From Candidatus Hermodarchaeota archaeon (GTDB lineage: Archaea > Asgardarchaeota > Hermodarchaeia > Hermodarchaeales > Hermodarchaeaceae), in the NCBI GenBank assembly GCA_016840065.1, contig JAEOTB010000018.1:1-58482 (forward strand): a stretch of DNA of 58,482 bases. Direction: 5' to 3'. Numbering within the stretch: position 1 is the stretch's first letter; each line of letters starts with the position of its first letter. The notes under the pieces were generated by a model. It ran no database searches and was not told where the DNA came from. It worked only from the letters and a program-made list of their open reading frames with translations. Shown here piece after piece: positions 10,181-19,597 of this stretch. The translations under genes and the position numbers were made by a program.

Positions 10181-10546
10181 ATGGCTACAATCTTCATAGT
10201 GGAGGATGAAGAGGACCTTCACTATATTTACAAAGCCCTCTTGTCAGTGAAGGGACACATTGTCATAGCTTCAGCCTTTGATGGCAATGAAGCGATAGAG
10301 AAATACACACAACTTGATCCAAAACCAGACATCATAATGATGGATCATCGTATGCCCAAAATGGACGGCATAAGCGCTACACGCGAACTAAAACGTCTTT
10401 GCCCAGAATGTAAGATTATTTTTGTGAGTGCCGATGAAACAGTTCGCCAGAAAGCAATAGAAGCAGGGGCAGAGGTCTTTCAGGTCAAACCCATCCGTGC
10501 CCACGAGCTATATACAATAATCACTCAACTATTGAGCGCTTCGTAA
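10181..10546 (+). CDS. Single-domain response regulator (CheY-like)
   Basis: IVEDE, DIIMMDHRMPKMDG, SA, KP. Confidence 0.92.
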   Translation: MATIFIVEDEEDLHYIYKALLSVKGHIVIASAFDGNEAIEKYTQLDPKPDIIMMDHRMPKMDGISATRELKRLCPECKIIFVSADETVRQKAIEAGAEVFQVKPIRAHELYTIITQLLSAS

Positions 10547-10567
10547 CAGGACAATAACTCTGGTGAT

Positions 10568-11017
10568 TTAGTCCTCGAAGTACTCTCCTTCTGCCAACTC
10601 AACAGACCGTGAATCACGATGTGCACGTTTCCGCCGCCAAAGATGACCTTCTCTTCCCTCCATGAAGAAAAGCTCTGCAGCTGTAATCTCATCGTCATCT
10701 AATAGACTATCTCGGGTCGCCTCACCGTACACCTCTGATCCTGTACTCGTTGGAGCTTCACGTTCTCGGGCTTGCAGCCAATGCTCTAGCTGAGCAAAAC
10801 GTTGTTCCAACCTTTCAGCGGCAGCAGTATCTTTCTCTTTCAGACTATCAATCATCATAATCCTAATTGTCTCAATCGGTGTATCAATGGTTGAATTGTT
10901 TATGACCTCAACTGCTACTGTTCTAGCAACTGCAGCAGATACACCAATTTGGATGAGCAAATCCATGATTTGTTGCTTGAATGGACGACGTTCCTTAGGC
11001 ACTCTCGACATACGCAC
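10568..11017 (-). CDS. Hypothetical protein: ATP-cone-like N-terminus and acidic C-terminal motif
   Basis: RRPFKQQI..LL..G....AR.VA.EV...IR....SL....AAERL pattern; acidic DSLLDDDEITAAELFFMEG. Confidence 0.6.
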   Translation of the reverse strand: MRMSRVPKERRPFKQQIMDLLIQIGVSAAVARTVAVEVINNSTIDTPIETIRIMMIDSLKEKDTAAAERLEQRFAQLEHWLQAREREAPTSTGSEVYGEATRDSLLDDDEITAAELFFMEGREGHLWRRKRAHRDSRSVELAEGEYFED

Positions 11018-11133
11018 AGTTCTCCTTATCCATCTATTGTTATTTCCCTAAGCCTTAAGACCTTTCCAGTTACAAGGGGCTGCTAATTGGTCTATGGAAT
11101 TAATCCTAATGGAACTCGAACAAGTTCATGAAC

Positions 11134-14100
11134 TCAAAGTGTGAAATCAGCAAGTGCCGAATAGCGTTTAGCGTCTTTCCAAAGCGTCTTGGCAACAACA
11201 AGGTAAGCGCTACGCACTGCCTTTCCTCGTGGTGACAGGGTGACTAAATCAACACTCCTCAACAAAATCTGGTGTGGTGGAGTATCCCATACGTCGAAGA
11301 AGCCCTCTGGTCCATGGGGTGCGACTAAGAGAACGGTTTCACCACGTTTGCGGTGCTGCACACCAGCGAAGGGCTGAGTTGTGTCAAGGTATCCGAAGGT
11401 TTTGGTGCGACGTCGGCGTATCGGCCCTAAGGCCCGGGGTGCTACAGTTTCAAGTCCAGTCATCTTTCCCCCAGGTTGTACCGAGGCATGAATTCGATGG
11501 TGTATTTGACGTGGTGCTTTTGTCAAGTTCGTGTAGCGGCTAATTAGGGCCAGTATATTACTCTCTGGGCGAGTTAAAACGAAAAGCTCTATCTTGAAGC
11601 CTTTAAGCGCCTTCGCCTCTTTCTTAGGTCTTGTAGAGATTACAACACCAGTCCAGTCTTTCCGTTTGGCAGGTTTTACGGTCCAACGCTCTTTATCTAA
11701 TTGGGTAGGAATCCATGAATTTGCGCCTGCTGCCCAAGGGTCACACTGAATCCCGCCGTACCATGGGTTGATCCATACCATGGGTCCGGCCTTTGGGAAG
11801 AGTGAATTCAAGTAGTTGATGTCGGTCTCTTTGTCGATAAGGGCGAAAACACTACCAGCAAAGCTGGGTGCAATCTTAATCAGATACGCACCGTTATCAA
11901 CAACAAAGATATCTCTTTCTTCCTCACGCGATTTTGTAACCCTCACCTCCCCAGAAGTACCAGAAAGGATAACAGGTAAATCAAAGACATAATCTCGAAG
12001 CGGTAGTTTCACTTTTGCTTCGAGTGACAGGAGTTCAGGTTTGACATTTGTACTAACATCTAGGGTCAATATCGAATTGAGGTGGAATGGTGTTTTTCGG
12101 TCTATCTTCTCAAATTTCGCAGTGGAGGGTTTAACTTGCCACCCCTTTGGCGGTTTAAGTTGAAGTATACCTTCAATTGGGCGGTGAACACGATGCTGTA
12201 ACACAAGAGGTACAGAAAGTGAATCAGCTGCATCGAGCAGGATAGGTGAAGGTTTGGTCACCACTTCTATTGCTCTCTCAGAACGCATAGAGGGGCGTAC
12301 AGCTTGAGACTGAGGACAGCAGAGTTGATGCCACTGCTCCCTTACATGCCGCCAAGTACCAGGGCCCGCTATTACGTAAAAGGGTGGAAGTGTCAATTCA
12401 CTTCTGGGAGATAGGGGTGGAACTTGTAACTCGAAGTCCAGAAAGTCTCTCCCTGAGACTTTGTAGAGGGTTGTTGGATTACAGAGAATTCCTGTAATTT
12501 CTCCTGTTTCAGGGAATTCTATACAGTACCATGTTTCTGCCCATTCTTTCTTTTCCCTTGGTACTTCTCGACCAGTAGCGAAGAATTCATCCTCTACCAT
12601 CTCCTCACGCAATATTCCATCACTCAGAGGGAGTACATGGATGTGACTGGCACACCAAAGCATCCCCCCTACTTGCATGCGGACCTCATAGGAATTGGAG
12701 GGATGGGTGTTTTGAAATCCATAATCAACACGAACTAGTGATGAGCCGCTCGTTAAAACGTAGGTCTTGGTGAAACGAAGGTTCATGAACTTCTCGCTAT
12801 CCATCCATGTGACTATACGAGTTGTACCGTCACCCGGTTTCTCTATACGGTATTTGAAGTGTGTGCGCATCTGCTCTGACGGCCAAAATGGCGGACCTAA
12901 ACTCTCCCGGAAATGCGCACGAAGATGCTGGCGCCCAGAAACCTTTGTATACAGACGGTCAAGATGAGCACCCTTCATGAGATTTATGTCAAAATGGAGA
13001 TTCTCCGTGTGAACCTGCAGCCGCCGCCCATCATCAAAGGGAGTAACCAATACCCCACCTGACGACAGACAGTGGATGTAGCGGGTTTCAGTACGAGTTC
13101 TGAGTGACCCTCCCTCAACTTGAAGCAAAGAATGGATTTGGATGGGTAATGCAATTGTACCTAGACTGGGGTCGACAGCAACTTCGATGTTAGATCCTGA
13201 GAAGCCTTCTGGCTCAAAGTCCACATCAAATTCGGTTTGGGAAAGACGAACGCCACTCGGCGCGTCAAGGATGACTCTACCCTTTGTTCTCTCCTGAAGA
13301 TTGCTCTTGAGTGTTAGTGAAAGCGTGAGCTGGTTTCCAGGGCGGCACCACAATGTGCGGGGAATGGTGCTGACATCAACAGGATGTTTTGTGCGGAGCC
13401 CTGTTTCCAGATCTAATGGCAAGCCGTCTACGATGAAGTGAGACTTGAGGGTGAAGGCTGCCTTTTCTTCTGGGCGTGGAACTATATCCACTTGTCCCAG
13501 GATAGTCCCCTTGACAGTCACAGTTGCCCCAGGTTCTACTTTCAATTTCCTTGGTGGTTTCTTGGTTAGACGGAATCCTTTTGGAAGGCTGGGGGCGAGC
13601 TGGCATTGTATTGTCTTTTGTTTTCTCTTATTGTGAATAATCCATTCTACCTGAAGCGGGATTCCTAATGGGGGATCTGGATTGGCTACCCAACACTCAA
13701 CAAGTAGTTCATCCGTCTCAACCAATGTAGGCTCCCGACTCTCTCTATCAATGATGACCCGTAACATGTTTCCTTCCGCTTGCCATTTCATATCATACAC
13801 ACGAAGCCCTCGGTGCTTCATGTCATCAGGCTTCTGATCGATTTCCCGAACATAACGGGTGTACCAGTCAGGGTGCTTCTCGAAGAACGGCTGAGCGATG
13901 GGCAACGCCAGAATTAAGGGAATATAGTTCCGCATCCACACGCTAGTTCCTGGCTCCCAGAAGAATCCGGTCCTCTTATACACAGGAACCGCGTTTAGGT
14001 TCCCCGCCCACGTACCTAAGTAAAGTCGTCTGTAGCCTTCCTTTGCCACACGTCGGACAGATTCTATGAGAAGTGCCTTTCCAATGCCCTGCTTCCGGTA

Positions 14101-14364
14101 TGCATCTGCGACATTTAGAAATCCGAGATAGGCTGCCTCCTCATCCTCCCAATGTGGGTGGAGGGTAGAAACACCTACTACCTTATTTCCACTGAGGGCG
14201 ATGAGCCAAGTAATCTTATTTTGTTGCTCCCAGATTTCCAGCTGCCGCTCAGCGGTATGTTGAACACCGCCTGTGATTCCACCTGGCCAGCCCCCCTCAC
14301 TCTCGTTCAGGGACTGGGCATAACTCGCAGCGTCATCTGGCGTGAAGTCTCGGATTTCATGCAT
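11134..14364 (-). CDS. Large multidomain GNAT acetyltransferase (1076 aa)
   Basis: N-terminal GNAT (LNV..YRKQGIGK, TWAGNLNAVPVYKRTGF) followed by ~900 aa of beta-rich domains; paralog at 49825. Confidence 0.85.
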   Translation of the reverse strand: MHEIRDFTPDDAASYAQSLNESEGGWPGGITGGVQHTAERQLEIWEQQNKITWLIALSGNKVVGVSTLHPHWEDEEAAYLGFLNVADAYRKQGIGKALLIESVRRVAKEGYRRLYLGTWAGNLNAVPVYKRTGFFWEPGTSVWMRNYIPLILALPIAQPFFEKHPDWYTRYVREIDQKPDDMKHRGLRVYDMKWQAEGNMLRVIIDRESREPTLVETDELLVECWVANPDPPLGIPLQVEWIIHNKRKQKTIQCQLAPSLPKGFRLTKKPPRKLKVEPGATVTVKGTILGQVDIVPRPEEKAAFTLKSHFIVDGLPLDLETGLRTKHPVDVSTIPRTLWCRPGNQLTLSLTLKSNLQERTKGRVILDAPSGVRLSQTEFDVDFEPEGFSGSNIEVAVDPSLGTIALPIQIHSLLQVEGGSLRTRTETRYIHCLSSGGVLVTPFDDGRRLQVHTENLHFDINLMKGAHLDRLYTKVSGRQHLRAHFRESLGPPFWPSEQMRTHFKYRIEKPGDGTTRIVTWMDSEKFMNLRFTKTYVLTSGSSLVRVDYGFQNTHPSNSYEVRMQVGGMLWCASHIHVLPLSDGILREEMVEDEFFATGREVPREKKEWAETWYCIEFPETGEITGILCNPTTLYKVSGRDFLDFELQVPPLSPRSELTLPPFYVIAGPGTWRHVREQWHQLCCPQSQAVRPSMRSERAIEVVTKPSPILLDAADSLSVPLVLQHRVHRPIEGILQLKPPKGWQVKPSTAKFEKIDRKTPFHLNSILTLDVSTNVKPELLSLEAKVKLPLRDYVFDLPVILSGTSGEVRVTKSREEERDIFVVDNGAYLIKIAPSFAGSVFALIDKETDINYLNSLFPKAGPMVWINPWYGGIQCDPWAAGANSWIPTQLDKERWTVKPAKRKDWTGVVISTRPKKEAKALKGFKIELFVLTRPESNILALISRYTNLTKAPRQIHHRIHASVQPGGKMTGLETVAPRALGPIRRRRTKTFGYLDTTQPFAGVQHRKRGETVLLVAPHGPEGFFDVWDTPPHQILLRSVDLVTLSPRGKAVRSAYLVVAKTLWKDAKRYSALADFTL

Positions 14365-14476
14365 CGTGTAGCACTCCTCGCTCCAATATCTAGTACACTA
14401 AAGAAGTAATGGAGCTGTTGCAGGCAACTATCAGCTGGTTATTAGTTTTTCGTTTTAGGAATCGCTGAAACTCGTC

Positions 14477-15337
14477 TTAACCTGTTGCTGAGGCAGCAAT
14501 ACCGTACTCTAATTGTGGATTACCACTTCTAGGTGGGTCACCCCAGTACATCCGCGTGAGTACAGAACGCTTCCTGAAACCTTGAGTGCTCATCAATAAC
14601 CGTGCATTTCCACTCGTCTCAAGTACCCCCACGTAGGCTTCGCCCTCCTCAACGAACCCCACTGCCCAGCGTAGTAGTCGCTTAGCCGCATCTCCATTGG
14701 CTGCAATGAAGGGGCCTAACATTGTACCGGCCGCAGTCTTTCGGCCCATGATAATCCCTAAACTAGGGTCCCTACGGACCTTGAAGGCAAAATCCGAATA
14801 CGCGAACAGGCGTCTGAGAACACGGCTCCGGTCATCACCAAAAGCCCGTTTGTCTAGAGCTAGTACAGCTTCAAGGTCCTCCTTAGTGGCACGCCCTGTA
14901 CCAGGAACACCTCGAAGTTTGAAAGGTTTCCCAAACCATCGCTGCGAATCACACTCTTTCACAAAACCAAAACTCTCATAGAGCGGAACCCCCGGCGGGT
15001 CCGCCTCCAATCGTGCCGTAGGAACACCTTTCTCCTTGAAGTACCTGAGAGCAGTCTTTAGCAGAGTTGAACCGATGCCACGGCGCCGAAGATTCTTCCG
15101 CACCATCATCATCCCTATCCAACCAAAATGAGTGTAAAGGGTTGTGGTGACAGAACCTACAACCTCTCCCTTGACTTCTGCGACAAAGCAGCCCTCCGGC
15201 TCGTAACAAAGCACATTCTCCAAATCACCCAGTGAGGGAGTCCACCCCTCCTCACGCATCATCTGAACAATAGACTCAAGATGTTCTTGCTGCATCAGCT
15301 TGATACCTAACTCGGAAGGAACGGAACCAATGGGCAT
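14477..15337 (-). CDS. GNAT acetyltransferase with tandem GNAT-like domain (YitH-like)
   Basis: WIGMMMVRKNLRRRGIG, GVPLYESFGF, LDxxAFGDDRSRVL, LGPFIA. Confidence 0.85.
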   Translation of the reverse strand: MPIGSVPSELGIKLMQQEHLESIVQMMREEGWTPSLGDLENVLCYEPEGCFVAEVKGEVVGSVTTTLYTHFGWIGMMMVRKNLRRRGIGSTLLKTALRYFKEKGVPTARLEADPPGVPLYESFGFVKECDSQRWFGKPFKLRGVPGTGRATKEDLEAVLALDKRAFGDDRSRVLRRLFAYSDFAFKVRRDPSLGIIMGRKTAAGTMLGPFIAANGDAAKRLLRWAVGFVEEGEAYVGVLETSGNARLLMSTQGFRKRSVLTRMYWGDPPRSGNPQLEYGIAASATG

Positions 15338-15350
15338 TTGAACCCCTCAC

Positions 15351-17057
15351 CTAGGATGCTATATGGGGACGAACGGGAGCAGACCAGTGCAGATAACGCT
15401 TCGAAACAGGATAATTCTCAAACTGAATCGTGTAATGCTTCTCAAACTTCTCCCTAATCTCGCCTTCCACGATTGCCGCGAGTTCAGGTTCGACATGAGC
15501 ATCAACCCAATAGGACCGCCCCTTCGGCACAGCAACCATCTTACCCCTCTTATGCACAATCCGACCGTCCTTTACGGTATATTCAGCCTGGGAGAAGGCA
15601 CGAACCAACTTGTCGGGACTCGACGCATAATCCTTCTGAGCATCAAGCTTGTAAATAGCAATATCAGCATCCGCCCCCGGACCAAGATGACCCTTACCAG
15701 CCAATCCTAAGGAACGAGCAGGACCAGCACGAGTTGAAATAATGAAATCCTTCAACGAAAACTCAGTATCAAGAGAAGGCAACACCATACGCGCCTTTGC
15801 ACTCCGCTTCATATCACCAAGAATACTTTCACGCGCCTTCCGACTCATCAACCATGCAGCGATATGCGGATAATTTATAAAAGTCCCAGCATTCGGATGA
15901 TCAGTGGTAGGATAGACACGCCAAGGGTCATTCACCATAAGCGCGATTTCAAGACCAATAGCCCACTGAATAGCATTAACCCGAGAACTCTGCTTAAACA
16001 CATAAGGCACAACACCACCACCGCATTCTACCTCAATATCGTCGTTGACCCATCGGCCTCCGGAGATACCTCTGAGGATCCATTCCCAGGGACCGTCAGC
16101 TGTCATTGTGGTTGTGTCGCTGAATACGATTTGTCCTAGGTCGGCGCTGACGTTCTTGTTCTTTTTCAGGAAGTTTGCTATGGGTTCTGCTCCGGAGCGG
16201 AAGCTGGCGAAGTCGTCGCCGCCGTAGCTGTGGAATTGTATGTGGGTCATGTGGAGGTTTGTGCCTGACTCGCGGCTTACTGGGAATTTATTGGCGATTT
16301 CCATGGTGTCTACGGTAATCGCTGTGTTTCCGGGTCGTCCTAGCATGTTGGCGTGGAGGTGGACTGGATGGGGTAGTTTTAGTCGTTCAGAGACTTCCAT
16401 GAGACCGTGGATGACGTCCCGTGAGGTTACATCGAATGCTCGGATTTTTTGGTCGAGTGATTCGACGTTTCCGCCCCAGCTCCAGTCGGCCACGCCTGTG
16501 GGGTTGACGGCTTTGAGGGCGTATCCTTTGGTGGCTCTGAGCATCCAGGCTGCAAAGGCGGCTAGTTTGTCGTAGTCCTTTTCTCGTGAGTATTCCATGA
16601 AGAGCTGGTGGTTTCCGAATAGGGGGAACATGATTTTGTCGAGGGGGTTTATTTCGCCTAGTTCTTCGTGGACGTGTCGAGATACTATTCCTGCTGCGGC
16701 TGCTTCTGTTACGAAGGTGTAGCCCAGCTCGGAGTACTTGTAGCCTGTGATGTGTGTTGGGGGTACGCTTGACCATACTCCTGCACGGCAGACATCTGAG
16801 AAGGTGTAGGGATCCATTCGGGATTGATCACATCGTAGGACTCGTCCGGAGTCCACTTTGGGTGTGGCTAGGTGGGCGTGGATTTCGACGCCGCCTGGGA
16901 CAACTAGGAGTCCTTTTGCGTCGATGATTTCTGCTCCTTCTGAGTCGACGGAGTCAACTACTTTCCCGTCTTTGATTTCGATGTCCTTGACTTCGTGGAT
17001 GTTGTTCTTGGGGTCCACGACGAATCCGTTTCGAATAATCATAGTGCGTTTTTGCAA
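15351..17057 (-). CDS. fwdA: Formylmethanofuran dehydrogenase subunit A
   Basis: PGGVEIHAH, KAVNP, HLHANMLG, HIQFHSYGG, TTMTADGP, TTDHPNAG, GADADIAIY. Confidence 0.96.
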   Translation of the reverse strand: MQKRTMIIRNGFVVDPKNNIHEVKDIEIKDGKVVDSVDSEGAEIIDAKGLLVVPGGVEIHAHLATPKVDSGRVLRCDQSRMDPYTFSDVCRAGVWSSVPPTHITGYKYSELGYTFVTEAAAAGIVSRHVHEELGEINPLDKIMFPLFGNHQLFMEYSREKDYDKLAAFAAWMLRATKGYALKAVNPTGVADWSWGGNVESLDQKIRAFDVTSRDVIHGLMEVSERLKLPHPVHLHANMLGRPGNTAITVDTMEIANKFPVSRESGTNLHMTHIQFHSYGGDDFASFRSGAEPIANFLKKNKNVSADLGQIVFSDTTTMTADGPWEWILRGISGGRWVNDDIEVECGGGVVPYVFKQSSRVNAIQWAIGLEIALMVNDPWRVYPTTDHPNAGTFINYPHIAAWLMSRKARESILGDMKRSAKARMVLPSLDTEFSLKDFIISTRAGPARSLGLAGKGHLGPGADADIAIYKLDAQKDYASSPDKLVRAFSQAEYTVKDGRIVHKRGKMVAVPKGRSYWVDAHVEPELAAIVEGEIREKFEKHYTIQFENYPVSKRYLHWSAPVRPHIAS

Positions 17058-17283
17058 GGCGAAACACCAGCTCAATCTTCGAGTGATATACGGTTTACGT
17101 GCTTAAGGTCTATTAAGGGTTATCAAAGTACGACCTCGGTGGGGTTTGCCTGTGAAAGTTGTGCAAAAATGTGTTCTCTGCGGAAGGCTTTTTTATTGGT
17201 TTGTTGCCGAAGGTCGATATATGCACCGCCGTGCATATCTTAACTGGTCTTGACTAGCCAGACCCAACTCTGAGGTTACTCTC

Positions 17284-18540
17284 ATGCGCCGGGACATGAA
17301 AATCGGGCTCGCCATAGTCACTGCGGCAATAATCATCGCGGGTGGAACCCTCATCCTTCTACCCTATTTCTTACCTCCTTCGCCTCCGAGTGATTCAACT
17401 AGCATCCGAGTTATCGACGGTGACAATGAAGTAAACTTTACAGTTGATCAACTCACCCTGATGAGTGTAATTCAGGGCAACTCGTCATACCAAAACCGCT
17501 TCTACAATTGGGGTGGTAGTGGAGAATACCTAGGTCCACGTCTCTCTACCATTCTTGAAGCTGCCAGCATCACCATTGGCGTAAATGACACTGTGAAAGT
17601 CACGGCTAGCGATGGCTATGCCCAATACTTCGCCTATTACAATCTCTACCCGAACACGAGTTTCCATAATATCCAAGGAGACCTAATCCTCGCTTACTCA
17701 TACAATGGATCCACACCAGGCTCTGATTCTAATCCGTGGCAAGACGGGCCTAGCATCGCCTTCCTACCCTCTGACCAAGGTTACAGCGTCGATGATGCGA
17801 ACCAAACCACCCACCCTGCATGGTTCGATGGTAGTGCAGGCGCCCGCTGGAACAGGAATGTTGTACGAATCGAAGTTCTCCGAGATTCCTACTTTGGTGG
17901 CTTCAACTATATCCGCCTCATTGATGGCGAAGAAGAGGAGAGAGTGTACTGGCTAGAACTTGCTCAGATGAATACTCTAGAAGAATATTCAGCCTATCAG
18001 AAAAAAACGGGCTTCTGGGGTGGTAACGGTACATACATCGGTCCCTTACTTTCAGATGTCGTGGAACTAATCGGAACAATAGACCAAGACGATGTAGTCA
18101 GAGTCAACGCAAGTGATGGCTACTCTGTATCCTATGCACATTATAATCTCTATCCGAACTCCAGCATCTATGAAATCCAGGGGGACTTGATTCTTGCCTA
18201 CTCCTTCAATGGTACAAAGGTTTCTGATTGGGGTGATGGTCCCCAAACGGCCTTCCTCCCATCCGATGAAGCCTATAACAACACAGACGCCGAAGATACA
18301 ACTCATCCCTCTTGGTTCTACGGAAGCGCTGGTGCCAGATGGGTGAGGAATGTACTAACCATAGAAATCCTTTCAAATACATATCCTCCAGTGCCCAAGA
18401 CCTCAGCGTTAACAATCACAAAAACATCCTTGTCAATCCCTGATATTGATGCCCATTCACCTGACTCGCATATTGGAGCGTCAAGTACTTGGATAGCGAT
18501 AGATGGTGCTCCTGCATTAAAACTCCGAGAAGAATTGTGA
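17284..18540 (+). CDS. Membrane-anchored extracellular protein with two molybdopterin-oxidoreductase-like repeats
   Basis: N-terminal TM helix; two ~160-aa repeats each with YxGPxLS, ASDGY, LILAYSxNG, DGP and SAGARWxRNV; many N-x-S/T sequons. Confidence 0.75.
   Translation: MRRDMKIGLAIVTAAIIIAGGTLILLPYFLPPSPPSDSTSIRVIDGDNEVNFTVDQLTLMSVIQGNSSYQNRFYNWGGSGEYLGPRLSTILEAASITIGVNDTVKVTASDGYAQYFAYYNLYPNTSFHNIQGDLILAYSYNGSTPGSDSNPWQDGPSIAFLPSDQGYSVDDANQTTHPAWFDGSAGARWNRNVVRIEVLRDSYFGGFNYIRLIDGEEEERVYWLELAQMNTLEEYSAYQKKTGFWGGNGTYIGPLLSDVVELIGTIDQDDVVRVNASDGYSVSYAHYNLYPNSSIYEIQGDLILAYSFNGTKVSDWGDGPQTAFLPSDEAYNNTDAEDTTHPSWFYGSAGARWVRNVLTIEILSNTYPPVPKTSALTITKTSLSIPDIDAHSPDSHIGASSTWIAIDGAPALKLREEL
17401..18372 (+). 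repeat. Internal tandem duplication (approx. 17401-17880 and 17908-18372)
   Basis: Near-identical blocks NLYPN, IQGDLILAYS, AFLPSD, TTHPxWFxGSAGARW. Confidence 0.9.
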
Positions 18541-18541
18541 A

Positions 18542-19597
18542 ATGAATTCAAATCCCCCGAGCTATTACTTTCGCACTCGAGATTTGGTCACCGTCGGGGT
18601 ACTCAGTGCACTCGGTGGTGCCCTAAGCACTTACGTGGGCTACCTTGGGCGGTTGGTCAACGTTGCAGTTGGAGTACCATTCGGGGCGGGACAATTCCTT
18701 AGTGGATTACATGTATTCTGGATTCTATTAGCAGCTGGGCTGATTCGGAAAGCAGGGGCTGCATCACTCGCAGGTCTAATGAAAGGGTTAGTAGAGTTCT
18801 TCACTGGCAATCCCCACGGTATTGTCATAGTCTTGGTCAGTCTAGCTCAAGGGGTCATCATAGACATCTGCTTGACAGCCTTCCGTCATCGAGATGATCT
18901 TCCCCTCTACTGCATCGTCGGTGGCATAGCCGCAGCATCTAATGTGGTTTTGTTTCAGCTCCTCTACTTCTCAGGTGTACCGCTGATATTCTTCCTGTTA
19001 ATGGTGATTCTTGCCTTTTCCTCCGGCATAATTTTCGCTGGATACTTCGGTAAAGCCACCCTGGATTTAATCATCGAAGCAAATATAACGCGAGGTAGGA
19101 CGACGACAGCTTCACCTTCAACGAAAACCCCTACTCGGCATTATCTCGATCCGTACAAAGTCTCTGCTGTAATCTTCCTCTCAGTAATAGTGATCGGTGC
19201 AGGTCTTTACGCAGTGTTTGTATGGCGACCAGCAGTAGATTCCTTGGGTTGTGACGTAACAGGTAATGTCAGCAATCCCTACAGATTTACCTATTCCGCA
19301 TTCTCTTCTCAAGAGATAATAGTGGAAGCAGAGTTGGTTGGCTCAGTCACCTATGTTCCTCCACAGAATTATACTGGTGTTCCTTTAGCGATTATTCTTA
19401 CATACGCCCAACCATCAGACGATGCTTCTACCTTGCTTGTTTTAGCATCTGATGGCTATTCAGCTACCTTTTCCCTTCTAGATATTCTCGGTGATACAGA
19501 TATCATCATCATCGTCGATAACGGGTTGCGAATCGTCGCGAAATATCATACAGGAGAATTTTGGGTCAGGAAGGTATCTAGCCTTGTCATCAGTTAA
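18542..19597 (+). CDS. ECF transporter S component fused to a C-terminal molybdopterin-oxidoreductase-like domain
   Basis: TRDLVTVGVLSAL S-component start, ~6 TMs plus an extra TM, then VTGNVSNP...YTGVPL...ASDGY...LRIV...WVRKV. Confidence 0.8.
   Translation: MNSNPPSYYFRTRDLVTVGVLSALGGALSTYVGYLGRLVNVAVGVPFGAGQFLSGLHVFWILLAAGLIRKAGAASLAGLMKGLVEFFTGNPHGIVIVLVSLAQGVIIDICLTAFRHRDDLPLYCIVGGIAAASNVVLFQLLYFSGVPLIFFLLMVILAFSSGIIFAGYFGKATLDLIIEANITRGRTTTASPSTKTPTRHYLDPYKVSAVIFLSVIVIGAGLYAVFVWRPAVDSLGCDVTGNVSNPYRFTYSAFSSQEIIVEAELVGSVTYVPPQNYTGVPLAIILTYAQPSDDASTLLVLASDGYSATFSLLDILGDTDIIIIVDNGLRIVAKYHTGEFWVRKVSSLVIS

Noticed and set aside
15359-17243. Numerous overlapping ORFs within fwdA
   Set aside because: By-products of strong third-position codon skew; no motifs or SD sites
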